Notes under the pieces: generated by a model
Database searches by the model: none
What the model saw: the letters and a program-made list of their open reading frames with translations, nothing else
Told to the model about the DNA's origin: nothing
Assembly: GCA_011046235.1 (NCBI GenBank)
Contig: DSAX01000053.1
Location: forward strand, 1 to 45,257
From: Methanobacteriota archaeon
Lineage (GTDB): Archaea > Thermoplasmatota > Thermoplasmata > UBA10834 > DTMW01
Direction: 5' to 3'
DNA length: 45,257 nucleotides
Made by a program: the position numbers and the translations under genes
Shown: positions 1-8,797 of the stretch, piece by piece
How the letters are laid out: every line of letters begins with the position of its first letter
Numbering within the stretch: position 1 is the stretch's first letter

Positions 1-2163
1 ATCGTATGCGATTCCAGGGGGAATCTCCTGGTCGTTTGGCAGGATTTATATAGCGGACAGTGGGAAATCAAATATGACCGTTTGAATCTATTTGGAACCA
101 TCCTCGACTACGACGAGACGATCAGCTCGGAAATCCTCGGCAACTCTACGGGGCCCTTGGCCCTCATTGGAACACATAACGAGACCATCGTACTGTGGAT
201 CGGAGATATCGGAAATCCAGAGATCTACTTCACCAGAACGCTTCTGCCAGATCTGAGCGTCTCGTCCGGCGATGTATCCCTCAGCACATCCTCAGCGCTC
301 GAGAACACGACTCTTCTCGTCGATGCGATCATCAGAAATCTGGGAGATTCGGAAGCCCAAAATGTGGATGTAAAAGCCGTGGTGAACGGTGAAAGTCGAG
401 CAACGGATACGATCGACTCGCTGGCAGCCGGAGGGATATATGCGGCGACCTTCGAATTCACGGTCATCAAAGGGGACTCGGTCTGCGATATAATCGTGGA
501 CCAGGCTGATCTGATCTACGAATACGATGAGAGCAACAATGCGGCCAATATCGCTTTCTCGACCCTTTACTTCGATTACACGGCCATGGCCAGCGCCTCT
601 TTGCTTTCGATACCTCCCGGCGGTACGATGAACCTCACTCTCGATGTCGACAATGCCGGCAACTATCAGAACTCCGTCATGATCAATATATCCACCGATG
701 ACCTTCCTTCTGACTGGACATTCCAGGTCAGCGGGGGCAATGTCACGAATTTCACGCTCGAGGTCCCGGCTGGAGTTCAGTCATCGGTTCCGATCTCGAT
801 CTCGGTGCCCGACGGAGCGCCGGCCGGTACATGGAACATTCCGATATCCTCCGTCTCTCTGAGCGATCCGAGAATCGGATCGGACTGCGCTATCACGGTC
901 GAAGTGCCGTGGGTTGGAAGGATCGGGCTAATAGTACCGAATCCGGTTCAGCTCATACCCGGCAACTCTCACACCTTCCAGTTCACAGTATATAACCTGG
1001 GCAACCATATCGAATATTTCACTGCAGATGTCGCTGAGAGCAACAACTGGGAAGTATCAATAATCGGCGGGATGGACTTCTCCCTGTCCCCGCTTGAGAC
1101 CTATGTCATCCAGTGCAACGTAAATGTGCCCGAGTTCACGCTCCCGAACACGATGTCGGTCGTTGTAATGAACATCAGCTCGCTGAACCTGACGGGCAAC
1201 TTCATTTCCGGCGGACTGACATCAACAGTGACTGTGCACGAAGAGATATCGATGTATGTGACCTATCAGAACGTCACCCAGGACCAGTTCCAGCTGACCA
1301 GCGGCGCCTTCCAGTTGGAGATAACCAATACGGGCAACATCGGGGAGCAGATCAACGTCACCCTGATAGGTAATCAGACCTCGTTTCTGATAATCGACGA
1401 CAGCCTTTTCGTCCTGTCGCCAGCCAGCTCGAGGACGGTTACCGTCAATCTGACCGCCTCGGCTGATATTCCCGCGGGGAGCTATACCTTCGCTGTGAGG
1501 GCTCAGAGCACCTCAAACAGCCAAATTTTTGCAGAGACATCGCTTCAGTTCTCCATTGAGCCATTCTATGATCTGTACCTCGTTGTCGATCCGTCTCAGG
1601 TGGAAGGTCGTTCCGGATCCGTTTTGGAATCGACCGTCTCCGTATATAATTTCGGAAACGCCGATGACAGATGCACGCTATTCATCGATTACGCCGGTTT
1701 CAATGAGTCAACGGTCACGATCGACGGATTCGTCTACAAGATCGAAACCGACATTCTGCCAGATATAGAGCTTGATGTGGGAGGACATGTCCAGTTCTCA
1801 ATTTCGATCATCACCGAGGGGCGTCCGCCGGACAGGTACGCGGTATTCATCATGGTCGATTCAGCGAACGACCCGAGTGTGTCATCCGATGCTTCCCTTT
1901 TCGTCGTTATAACGCAGAAGCGCTCTCTGATAGATGTAATACTCTCTCCGATTGTGCTCATAGCCATTATCTCCGCGGCGGCGTTCGGGATTTACTTCTT
2001 GCTGATAATGCTCGGGGTCATGCCGGTCCCGAAGATAATAAGAAAGGAGCCGGCGGCTAGGACTTCCAAGGCGAGGGCTTCAGAGAGAACTAGCAGAGAG
2101 GCTCAGGCCCGTAGAGCCCAGCAACCAGGAAGGGCGGCGACCAGACCGGTGCAGAGAAGATAG
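1..2163 (+). CDS. Membrane-anchored cell-surface protein, 5'-truncated by the window edge. It has a CARDB-like domain, repeated all-beta NEW3/COG1470-like modules, a C-terminal TM helix and a basic cytoplasmic tail.
   Basis: Frame 1 is open from base 1 (IVCDSRGNLLVVWQDLYSGQWEIKYDRLNLF...) with no stop before the TTG listed at 82, so the gene continues upstream of the window. CARDB-type signature: NLGDSEAQNVDVKAVVNGE ... YEYDESNNAANIAF. Repeated segments of the type IPPGG..NLTL.V.N.GN and P.GAPAG.W. Hydrophobic stretch ILSPIVLIAIISAAAFGIYFLLIMLGV, followed by an Arg/Lys-rich tail. Confidence 0.8.
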   Translation: MVCDSRGNLLVVWQDLYSGQWEIKYDRLNLFGTILDYDETISSEILGNSTGPLALIGTHNETIVLWIGDIGNPEIYFTRTLLPDLSVSSGDVSLSTSSALENTTLLVDAIIRNLGDSEAQNVDVKAVVNGESRATDTIDSLAAGGIYAATFEFTVIKGDSVCDIIVDQADLIYEYDESNNAANIAFSTLYFDYTAMASASLLSIPPGGTMNLTLDVDNAGNYQNSVMINISTDDLPSDWTFQVSGGNVTNFTLEVPAGVQSSVPISISVPDGAPAGTWNIPISSVSLSDPRIGSDCAITVEVPWVGRIGLIVPNPVQLIPGNSHTFQFTVYNLGNHIEYFTADVAESNNWEVSIIGGMDFSLSPLETYVIQCNVNVPEFTLPNTMSVVVMNISSLNLTGNFISGGLTSTVTVHEEISMYVTYQNVTQDQFQLTSGAFQLEITNTGNIGEQINVTLIGNQTSFLIIDDSLFVLSPASSRTVTVNLTASADIPAGSYTFAVRAQSTSNSQIFAETSLQFSIEPFYDLYLVVDPSQVEGRSGSVLESTVSVYNFGNADDRCTLFIDYAGFNESTVTIDGFVYKIETDILPDIELDVGGHVQFSISIITEGRPPDRYAVFIMVDSANDPSVSSDASLFVVITQKRSLIDVILSPIVLIAIISAAAFGIYFLLIMLGVMPVPKIIRKEPAARTSKARASERTSREAQARRAQQPGRAATRPVQRR

Positions 2164-2220
2164 TCGAATACATGAGGTGAAGACAATTTCGAATGCGGTC
2201 TCCGGATATGGGTTAGAAGG

Positions 2221-2229
2221 ATTTAATTT
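2221..2229 (+). promoter_or_regulatory. Candidate TATA-like box (ATTTAATTT) upstream of the GTPase gene, followed by an SD-like GGTGAGGAGGT at 2250-2260
   Basis: AT-rich box about 50 nt upstream of the ATG at 2274, with a purine-rich SD-like element 14-24 nt upstream of that ATG. Confidence 0.35.
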
Positions 2230-2273
2230 GCTTCTATCTCATTATCCCCGGTGAGGAGGTCGATCTCCTGAGC

Positions 2274-3098
2274 ATGATCAACTCGAAACACCTGAGAAAG
2301 AAAGTGGTTCTCATCGGTGACAGCGCCGTGGGAAAGACCTCGCTCGTCAGAAGATATGTGATCGATCTTTTTGACGATAAATACATCGCGACGATAGGCA
2401 CCAAAGTGCTCAAGAAGGAGATCGAGTACAAGCTTCCGGCCAGATCGATCTATCTGACCATGATGATCTGGGATATCCTCGGCCAGAGAGATTATCGTAA
2501 TGTCAGAGACACGAGTCTCAAAGGTGCCAACGGGGCCATCATCGTTTCCGATCTTTCCAGACCCGAGACGATTTCCGGCATAGCCGAGTTTTGGGTTCCA
2601 CAGATACAGGATGTCATTGGGAACATATCTATGGTCGTTATCGGAAACAAATGCGACCTCGTGCCAGAAGGCGACAAATCGATCGAACTGCTATCCTCCC
2701 TCTCTTCCGAGCTGTCAAGTCCGTATTTCATATGCAGCGCCAAGAACGGCCAAAATGTCGAGAACGCTTTCAAATCGATCGGAGAACTCGTTCTGAGAGA
2801 CGGGATCGATTCTATTGGCATGGAGGAGACGCAACCCGCGTTTTCGCTCACAAACGCGGTGGATTTCATCATCAGTGACTTCTGTGAGCAGTACGGCGAC
2901 ATCCCGAAAGGGATGGAAATAATCGAGCAGAAATTCTCGAATGCGGGCGTCGATATCAACGCACCGGTAAAGGATGATATCCTCGAGGCATTGGAATTGC
3001 TGGCAGATGTCGAGAAAGACCGTCTCGGAAGAGAAATCTCGGAGATCAACAAGCTGAGAAGATGGAGGAAGCTTGAGGAGACCGAGAGCAGTCAGTGA
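2274..3098 (+). CDS. Ras/Rab-type small GTPase (Ras superfamily) with a roughly 100-aa helical C-terminal extension
   Basis: All five G motifs are present: G1 GDSAVGKT, switch I Thr in IATIGTK, G3 WDILGQ (DxxGQ), G4 GNKCDL (NKxD), G5 CSAKNG (SAK). The G domain ends near residue 170. Residues 170-274 have no motif I recognise. Confidence 0.85.
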   Translation: MINSKHLRKKVVLIGDSAVGKTSLVRRYVIDLFDDKYIATIGTKVLKKEIEYKLPARSIYLTMMIWDILGQRDYRNVRDTSLKGANGAIIVSDLSRPETISGIAEFWVPQIQDVIGNISMVVIGNKCDLVPEGDKSIELLSSLSSELSSPYFICSAKNGQNVENAFKSIGELVLRDGIDSIGMEETQPAFSLTNAVDFIISDFCEQYGDIPKGMEIIEQKFSNAGVDINAPVKDDILEALELLADVEKDRLGREISEINKLRRWRKLEETESSQ

Positions 3099-3112
3099 TT
3101 GTATTTCGAAGT

Positions 3113-6100
3113 CTACATCCTGATTGGCTTATTCTTGCCCTTGTCCTTCGAGTTATCTAGATAGAAGTTGTTGAACAGGATCTCTATGCCCGCCAGATCT
3201 GTCGCAGAATCCCCGGAGAAGTTCTGTATTCTCTTCCCGTAGATCTTCTGAATCTTGCCCTTGAGATTGTCCAGCTTCTGTTCAAGGTCGTTCGGTGCCG
3301 TTCCGGAGTAGGCGATGGCTAAGTACGAGAAATTGCCCCTGTGGAGGGCGACCGTATAATCCTTGAAATCGAAGTGCTTGATCCCCTTGCTTTTTTGCTC
3401 GAACGCATCGTCTACAAAATCGAGAACAGCGGTGAGCATGCCGCTGAAGATGTCGTCGTCCACCTTGACCGTGTCTCCTTTGGCGTACCGGGCCATCAGC
3501 ATGCCGGTATTGTGAATTAGCATTATGTCCTGAATACTGAACGGACCTTTCATTCGCCGGCTTATTATGACAAATGCCAGTAGCGCTCCCAGTGCGGCGA
3601 TCATTGTAATTATCCACAGGAAGAAGATCTCCTGGGGATTGTCGACTCTCTCCCTCTCAATGACCACGAGCAAAACACAGGAAGTCTCGCCGCCATCCAT
3701 ATCTCTCACGGTGATCGTTACATGTTCTGTGATCGAGTCCGCATCGCCCAAATATTCCTCCGGAAAGTCAAATATCAGATGACCCGAAAAGCCGATGATG
3801 TATTCCGGCATACTTGTACTTATGATGAGCATCTCTATTGGGGTCTCAACATCGTATACATCCTCGCCCAAGCTCAATATCGATTCGACCCCAGCAATCA
3901 CATGTACCTCTCCAATATCTCCGATGACCGGCAGATCGTTTTCGGACAAAACTGTGAGCAAGACGGTTCTCTCGGAGAACGCACCTTCAGAATCGGTAGC
4001 TCTTACGGTCAAGAAGAGCTCCCCGAACCAGTTATCTGTCTGTGTGAAATTGAGACGGGTTCCAGACTGATCCTGCTTGACGGCGATGCTGATGTTCTCT
4101 TCCCAGCAAAACGCAGAATATGCCAAGTCTGGGCCGTCCTCGACATCGTCGAAGAAAAATTCGAGATAGGCCGTTAACGGGTAATCCAGCTCCTCATCCT
4201 CAACGAAGGAATGGTCCGGAAGCCCGATGCAGTATGGCGGATAGTCGGTTCCGACGGTGATCGAGAAGGAGCAGGTCTCCGAGGACCTTCCATCGCTAAC
4301 GACGAGGTTTATCTGATATGAGTTTCCGACCATGTTCTGTGACATCAGAATGGTCATTATGCCATCGGAGAAGCTTATGTTGTCATCCATATTGGTCGAG
4401 AATTCCAGCTCTTCCAAAAGTGTATCCGGATCGAATACATATGGGAATAGGGACAGCGAATATGGTACATTGTACCGGACCACTATGTCCGGTATCTGCC
4501 TGACCTCAGGCGACTGCATCACTCTCAGGACCGTGACATAGATGGTATCTTCGACTCTTGCATTGCTAGGATCAATCGCCCTAAAGGTGATCCTCTCGAC
4601 GCCGTACCAATCCATCGGGGCGAAAAAATCGACCTGTCCCGAGTATTGATATACCACGATGTCGACCTCGACGTTCCCCACTACGAAAAACAGGGTATCG
4701 TCATCCAAATCATCGAAATACTGGAATAGGTTGAAGGCGTTAATCACAGATCCGCCCTGATATAACGTGATATCCGGCAGTTTTTCGAGAATTATCGGGG
4801 GAATGTCGTCCGAGACTAAGACATCAAAAGTCGTGGAACCCTGAAGCTCTCCGTCATCTACGCTTATTTCGAACTCTACCTCGGTTCCATTCAGGCTTTC
4901 AGGCAGAAGGAACGTTCCGATTAGACCATCGAATGTCACATACGCTGCGTTCTCGTTCGTGCAAGTCAAATTGAGCTGGTCTGACGGTGTCTCTACATCC
5001 TGGACATACGGCTCGAAATCGTATTCGTAAGCCATATCGAAGTGTACTGTGAAGTCAATGATCCGCTCGATTTGCGGAGCATCATTGACCGGGATTATTT
5101 CGATGATTAGATTTTGACTCGCCGTCAGTCCTGCCGAGTCCACAACAGTGAATGTGATTTCATCTGTTCCGTACACATTTTCGGGAGCTGTAATCCACAT
5201 ATACCTTGCATTTGTTCTGTTTTCTCCCTGCACGGATATCAGCGACTTGCCAGAAGTGTACCACTTCAGAAGCTCCAGACTATCCTCGCAGTCGTGAATA
5301 TATGGCTCAAGATCGATTATCAGCTCGCCGAAATCCTCTTGAACCGTTTGATCCGGTATCCGTGGAGATATATATGGGGGATCCTCGACCGGTAGTATGA
5401 AAACACTGATATTCTGGCTTACCTCCAGCAAAGTGGAATCTACCAGAGTGAAAGTGATCACATCCGTTCCAAACAGGTTCTCGCCAACGGAGATGTTCAT
5501 TTCCATATTTCCAGTGATGTTCTCCCCTTCTATCGAGATAATGGATTCTCCTGTGACATACCAGGTCAGGGAAGCCTGGATATCGTTCGGATCGTGGATA
5601 TATGGCGTGAGATCGACAGTCCAAGGCAAAGCGTCTTCGTACACGATTTGATCCGGAATTACGGGACTGATATATGGCGGAGCAGGAGTTTCCGAGGTTG
5701 TCTGGTACGATACGCTCATACTGTAGACTTCGGGGGAAGCTCCAGGATCTGCGGCTGTGAGATCGATCCTTATCTTTATCATGCCAGTTGACACATCCGC
5801 CGATCTTATATCTCCTGAGGGTGACGGAACCGGAAACCAGTTTCCCCCGCCGTCCGTCGAGTATCTCAGAACGACCCAGCCTCCATTTTCAACGAAGTCT
5901 GCCCAGCTCCTGTTCCACTCTCTCAAATTATCGGGTGCGACGGCGTCTTCCGTTTCTATGCTCCCTTCAAGAACATACTCGATGCCTCCAGATTTTAGAG
6001 AATGAAGAATCGGCGTACAGGAACCCGTTGCTGTTGTCAAGTTCGCTTTTATCTGGATATATCTGGATATCCTGTCGATTTGAGCAAAGGCCGTGGCATT

Positions 6101-8797
6101 TGAAAATGGGATCTCCATCCATATGGACCAACTCGGATCTTCGACATCGATCGAATTTCCGGTTCGTATGAAAACGGTGATATTTGAATCAGCGACAATT
6201 GTGGAGTTGAGATCAATGAAAGTCCAGTGAGTGCGAGAAAGGAATCCGATTGTTTCCGATACATACTCGCCGCTGCTGGGGTACCTTATCACGTCATACC
6301 CGATATAGAGAAATGGGCGCTGTGAGCTGTTCGAGATTTCGGATGAGAAATACTTTACAATTCCGTCTGAACCTATCCCCGGAATAAGAAATACCGATGG
6401 TGAGTCCAATTGTCCACTATATTGCCATTCTTCTATAGTTTCCGTGATGTCAAAGGTATTCCACCCATTGCCATTGAATGGATTTATAACATATGTTGCC
6501 GTCAGATTGAAGTCGCCTCCGGTCTGATTCCATTCCATGCCATCGGATGCGTGTGTCCAATTGGCCGCGTAAACCGGAAGGTCGTAGTACAACACTTCGC
6601 AGGCCAATTTCGCCGATCCGTCTGGAGAGTTCGATTCGGACAGAGCCTTGCTAAGGCTCGATTCCCTGAAATCCATCCGCCAATCCATCGAGAACCCCGC
6701 GGTATGATAGATCCTCATCGCATTGTCGGACATGGCCAGAATTTCCAGGTTGCAGTCCCCTTCGATGTCTGCGGAAATAATTGCCTTGTCAATCCTCGAG
6801 CCGGTTGAAAACGCCTGGATCTTCCCGATCATCGTTCCGTTTCTATCGATGATGTTGATGGCTCCCTCTCTGTCACCGATGAAGATCTCGAAGATTCCAT
6901 CGCCATCGTAATCCATGAATGATATCGAACCGCGTGATTCATTTGCCAAGTTGCATTCCCAGATAATCGTGGAATCGGTATTTATCGCCAATACCTTCCT
7001 CGGTTCTCTGGCAATGGCAACGATTTCGTTCTCACCGTCATCATCAATATCTGCAACGGCGAGGCCGTCGCCGTATCTTGCGTTAATGTCATCATAGGTC
7101 CACAGAAGCTCACCGTTGCTGCCATTGACAACATGAACCGCTCCCCCGCCCGCGTCTTCGCCAAGGGCTATATCCTCATACTCGTCTCCGAGCATACGTG
7201 CTGCAGCGAAAGAATTTTTGTAGCTAGAAGAGCTCACAGAGGTGTTCTCCCATGCAAGGGTGCCGTTTGAATACAGGAGAGCGATGGCTCCATTATCGCA
7301 TCCTACGGCGATCTCGAGTCCGGATGAATTTTTGAAATCGCCAATGACAATTTGAGCCGGTGTTGCGTCGATATAATTCTCCGGCGTTTGCCAAATTATC
7401 GACCCGTTCATTCCGGAGACTGCGAATATCTTCTTCTTGTCATTTGTGCCAATTATGATCTCCGGTACCCCGTCCTGATCGATATCGCCGACGGCCGGTT
7501 GAGTCATTCCATTGGCATCGATTCCAGCAACACTGCCATCAAAGAGCAACATCCCTTCTGAATCGATGACCTTGAACCCGACGTTTCCGGCTGAATAGAT
7601 TATCTCAGGATAACCATCGAGATTCACATCCGCGATGGTCAGTGAATCCCCGAGATCTTCATCCGTTGAAAAAGGAGCCGCCCAGAGCGGTGTGCCCATG
7701 CTCAATGGGTTTATCTCGGATCCATTATAGGCGATGATGTACCGCGATGCGCGGTCGAATATTATCACGTCCAGGTAACCGTCCATGTTTAAATCCGCAA
7801 TCGCTGGCACGCATTCGGGGTCCGAAACCAATCCTCCGCCCATTACAGATGGCATGTCATCCAAATCTCGATATTCCGGCACATCGGATCTTTCCGCATA
7901 ATATCTCAGCAGGAAAGCTTTCGATTCGAAGGGAGCGCAGGTGACGGGAAAGCCGATTGTGGCGGATTGCAGCGTGCCGTTCAGAGAGGTCTGTATTAGG
8001 AATCGGGAGGCGTGTTCAATGCCATCACTGTACAATATCAGCTGAACATCCGGATCCAATGTTTCGAGTTCCGGCGGAATCGATATATCGACCAGAACCG
8101 GCTCATTGATTCGTGGTGTCCCCTCCGTCTCATTTACAATTATGGTTGCAACCGTATAATCCCAGCCGCCATCTCCTTCGGTCCAATCGGATTCCGATCC
8201 CCGGACCTCGATGGTACCGTTGAGATCGCACACTTCTTTGAAGAAGGACAGGGTCGCGGTGATATTGAACGCATCGCTGGGGATGACCGAAGAAAGGAAG
8301 GCCGAGTCGAGGCGCAAAAGAGCATTGTAATCATATCCGTTCGAATCGCTCCCAATTAGGATGAAGTCGGAACCGCCGTAGTTGATTCCCGGTGTGGAGC
8401 TGGTAATGTATGTGTCCGATATGCGAGATCCGTCCAGAACGACATTGTCTGTCTGTCTTATCGGTTCAATGACAGGTAGAAGCAGGTCTCCCGGCTGAGA
8501 ATCCTTATCGAGACCTGTAAGGCTGCCATTCGAGAAGTCCTGGGATGACGTGATTGTCCGTTCCACTGTGCTGTAGCCGAGCCGCAGAGTGCCATTTTCT
8601 ATTACGGTGTTGTTCAGCGTATAATTTGAGGGATTGCTGAAATCCCATGTGAACGTCCGGTCCAGATCACTGGTCTCCTCCCATAACGGATCAGAAACAG
8701 CTAAAATCGCAAATTGAAATAGTAACTGGGTCATGACGACAACTGAGATGGAGATGATTCTCCAGATTTGTTTCCGATCCCTCCGAACGGCAATCAA
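3113..8797 (-). CDS. Giant (1894 aa) type-I membrane receptor-like surface protein. Order: signal/anchor, DNRLRE-like carbohydrate-binding-type modules, FG-GAP/VCBS beta-propeller, seven cadherin/Ig-like modules, one TM helix, and a 145-aa cytoplasmic alpha/beta domain.
   Basis: Single uninterrupted ORF. The N-terminus is RRDRKQ followed by the hydrophobic IWRIISISVVVMTQLLFQFAILAV. There are seven to eight DxDxDG-type blades. Tandem modules end in VxD/VND-P boundaries. The TM helix is IFFLWIITMIAALGALLAFVIIS followed by RRMK. The start codon is TTG at 8797; an internal ATG (M22) is an alternative. Confidence 0.9.
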   Translation of the reverse strand: MIAVRRDRKQIWRIISISVVVMTQLLFQFAILAVSDPLWEETSDLDRTFTWDFSNPSNYTLNNTVIENGTLRLGYSTVERTITSSQDFSNGSLTGLDKDSQPGDLLLPVIEPIRQTDNVVLDGSRISDTYITSSTPGINYGGSDFILIGSDSNGYDYNALLRLDSAFLSSVIPSDAFNITATLSFFKEVCDLNGTIEVRGSESDWTEGDGGWDYTVATIIVNETEGTPRINEPVLVDISIPPELETLDPDVQLILYSDGIEHASRFLIQTSLNGTLQSATIGFPVTCAPFESKAFLLRYYAERSDVPEYRDLDDMPSVMGGGLVSDPECVPAIADLNMDGYLDVIIFDRASRYIIAYNGSEINPLSMGTPLWAAPFSTDEDLGDSLTIADVNLDGYPEIIYSAGNVGFKVIDSEGMLLFDGSVAGIDANGMTQPAVGDIDQDGVPEIIIGTNDKKKIFAVSGMNGSIIWQTPENYIDATPAQIVIGDFKNSSGLEIAVGCDNGAIALLYSNGTLAWENTSVSSSSYKNSFAAARMLGDEYEDIALGEDAGGGAVHVVNGSNGELLWTYDDINARYGDGLAVADIDDDGENEIVAIAREPRKVLAINTDSTIIWECNLANESRGSISFMDYDGDGIFEIFIGDREGAINIIDRNGTMIGKIQAFSTGSRIDKAIISADIEGDCNLEILAMSDNAMRIYHTAGFSMDWRMDFRESSLSKALSESNSPDGSAKLACEVLYYDLPVYAANWTHASDGMEWNQTGGDFNLTATYVINPFNGNGWNTFDITETIEEWQYSGQLDSPSVFLIPGIGSDGIVKYFSSEISNSSQRPFLYIGYDVIRYPSSGEYVSETIGFLSRTHWTFIDLNSTIVADSNITVFIRTGNSIDVEDPSWSIWMEIPFSNATAFAQIDRISRYIQIKANLTTATGSCTPILHSLKSGGIEYVLEGSIETEDAVAPDNLREWNRSWADFVENGGWVVLRYSTDGGGNWFPVPSPSGDIRSADVSTGMIKIRIDLTAADPGASPEVYSMSVSYQTTSETPAPPYISPVIPDQIVYEDALPWTVDLTPYIHDPNDIQASLTWYVTGESIISIEGENITGNMEMNISVGENLFGTDVITFTLVDSTLLEVSQNISVFILPVEDPPYISPRIPDQTVQEDFGELIIDLEPYIHDCEDSLELLKWYTSGKSLISVQGENRTNARYMWITAPENVYGTDEITFTVVDSAGLTASQNLIIEIIPVNDAPQIERIIDFTVHFDMAYEYDFEPYVQDVETPSDQLNLTCTNENAAYVTFDGLIGTFLLPESLNGTEVEFEISVDDGELQGSTTFDVLVSDDIPPIILEKLPDITLYQGGSVINAFNLFQYFDDLDDDTLFFVVGNVEVDIVVYQYSGQVDFFAPMDWYGVERITFRAIDPSNARVEDTIYVTVLRVMQSPEVRQIPDIVVRYNVPYSLSLFPYVFDPDTLLEELEFSTNMDDNISFSDGIMTILMSQNMVGNSYQINLVVSDGRSSETCSFSITVGTDYPPYCIGLPDHSFVEDEELDYPLTAYLEFFFDDVEDGPDLAYSAFCWEENISIAVKQDQSGTRLNFTQTDNWFGELFLTVRATDSEGAFSERTVLLTVLSENDLPVIGDIGEVHVIAGVESILSLGEDVYDVETPIEMLIISTSMPEYIIGFSGHLIFDFPEEYLGDADSITEHVTITVRDMDGGETSCVLLVVIERERVDNPQEIFFLWIITMIAALGALLAFVIISRRMKGPFSIQDIMLIHNTGMLMARYAKGDTVKVDDDIFSGMLTAVLDFVDDAFEQKSKGIKHFDFKDYTVALHRGNFSYLAIAYSGTAPNDLEQKLDNLKGKIQKIYGKRIQNFSGDSATDLAGIEILFNNFYLDNSKDKGKNKPIRM
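3116..3550 (-). other. Cytoplasmic C-terminal domain of the giant protein, with a longin/roadblock-like alpha/beta pattern
   Basis: The domain follows the TM helix directly. Proposed elements from the residue pattern: IQDIMLIH (beta), MLMARYA (beta), DDDIFSGMLTAVLDFVDDAF (amphipathic helix), IKHFDFKDYTVALHRG (beta hairpin), SYLAIAYSG (beta), NDLEQKLDNLKGKIQKIYGKRI (helix). The fold assignment is inferred from this pattern only. Confidence 0.45.
3629..5680 (-). repeat. Seven tandem 90-102-aa cadherin/Ig-like modules (about aa 1040-1723) inside the giant CDS
   Basis: Modules begin PPYISPVIPDQ, PPYISPRIPDQ, APQIERIIDF, PPIILEKLPD, PEVRQIPDIV, PPYCIGLPDH and LPVIGDIGEV. Each has a (Y/F)(I/V)xD(P/V/C)(D/E) acidic loop about 25 residues in and ends with a V..V(x)D/ND boundary. 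Confidence 0.7.
6698..7825 (-). other. FG-GAP/VCBS (integrin-alpha-like) beta-propeller region of the giant protein (about aa 325-700)
   Basis: Repeated Ca-binding-type loops: ADLNMDGYLDVII, ADVNLDGYPEIIY, GDIDQDGVPEIIIG, GDFKNSSGLEIAV, ADIDDDGENEIVA, MDYDGDGIFEIFIG, ADIEGDCNLEILA. They are interleaved with G..(I/L)W strands (NGSIIWQ, NGTLAWEN, NGELLWTY, DSTIIWEC). Coordinates were verified by back-translating LNMDG at 7778-7792. Confidence 0.75.

Noticed and set aside
3113-8797. The giant ORF as a misassembled concatenation of several surface-protein genes
   Set aside because: The architecture is internally coherent: one signal/anchor, the ectodomain modules, one TM helix and one tail. There are no internal stop codons or frame changes. 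Repeat-number errors in the tandem modules remain possible.
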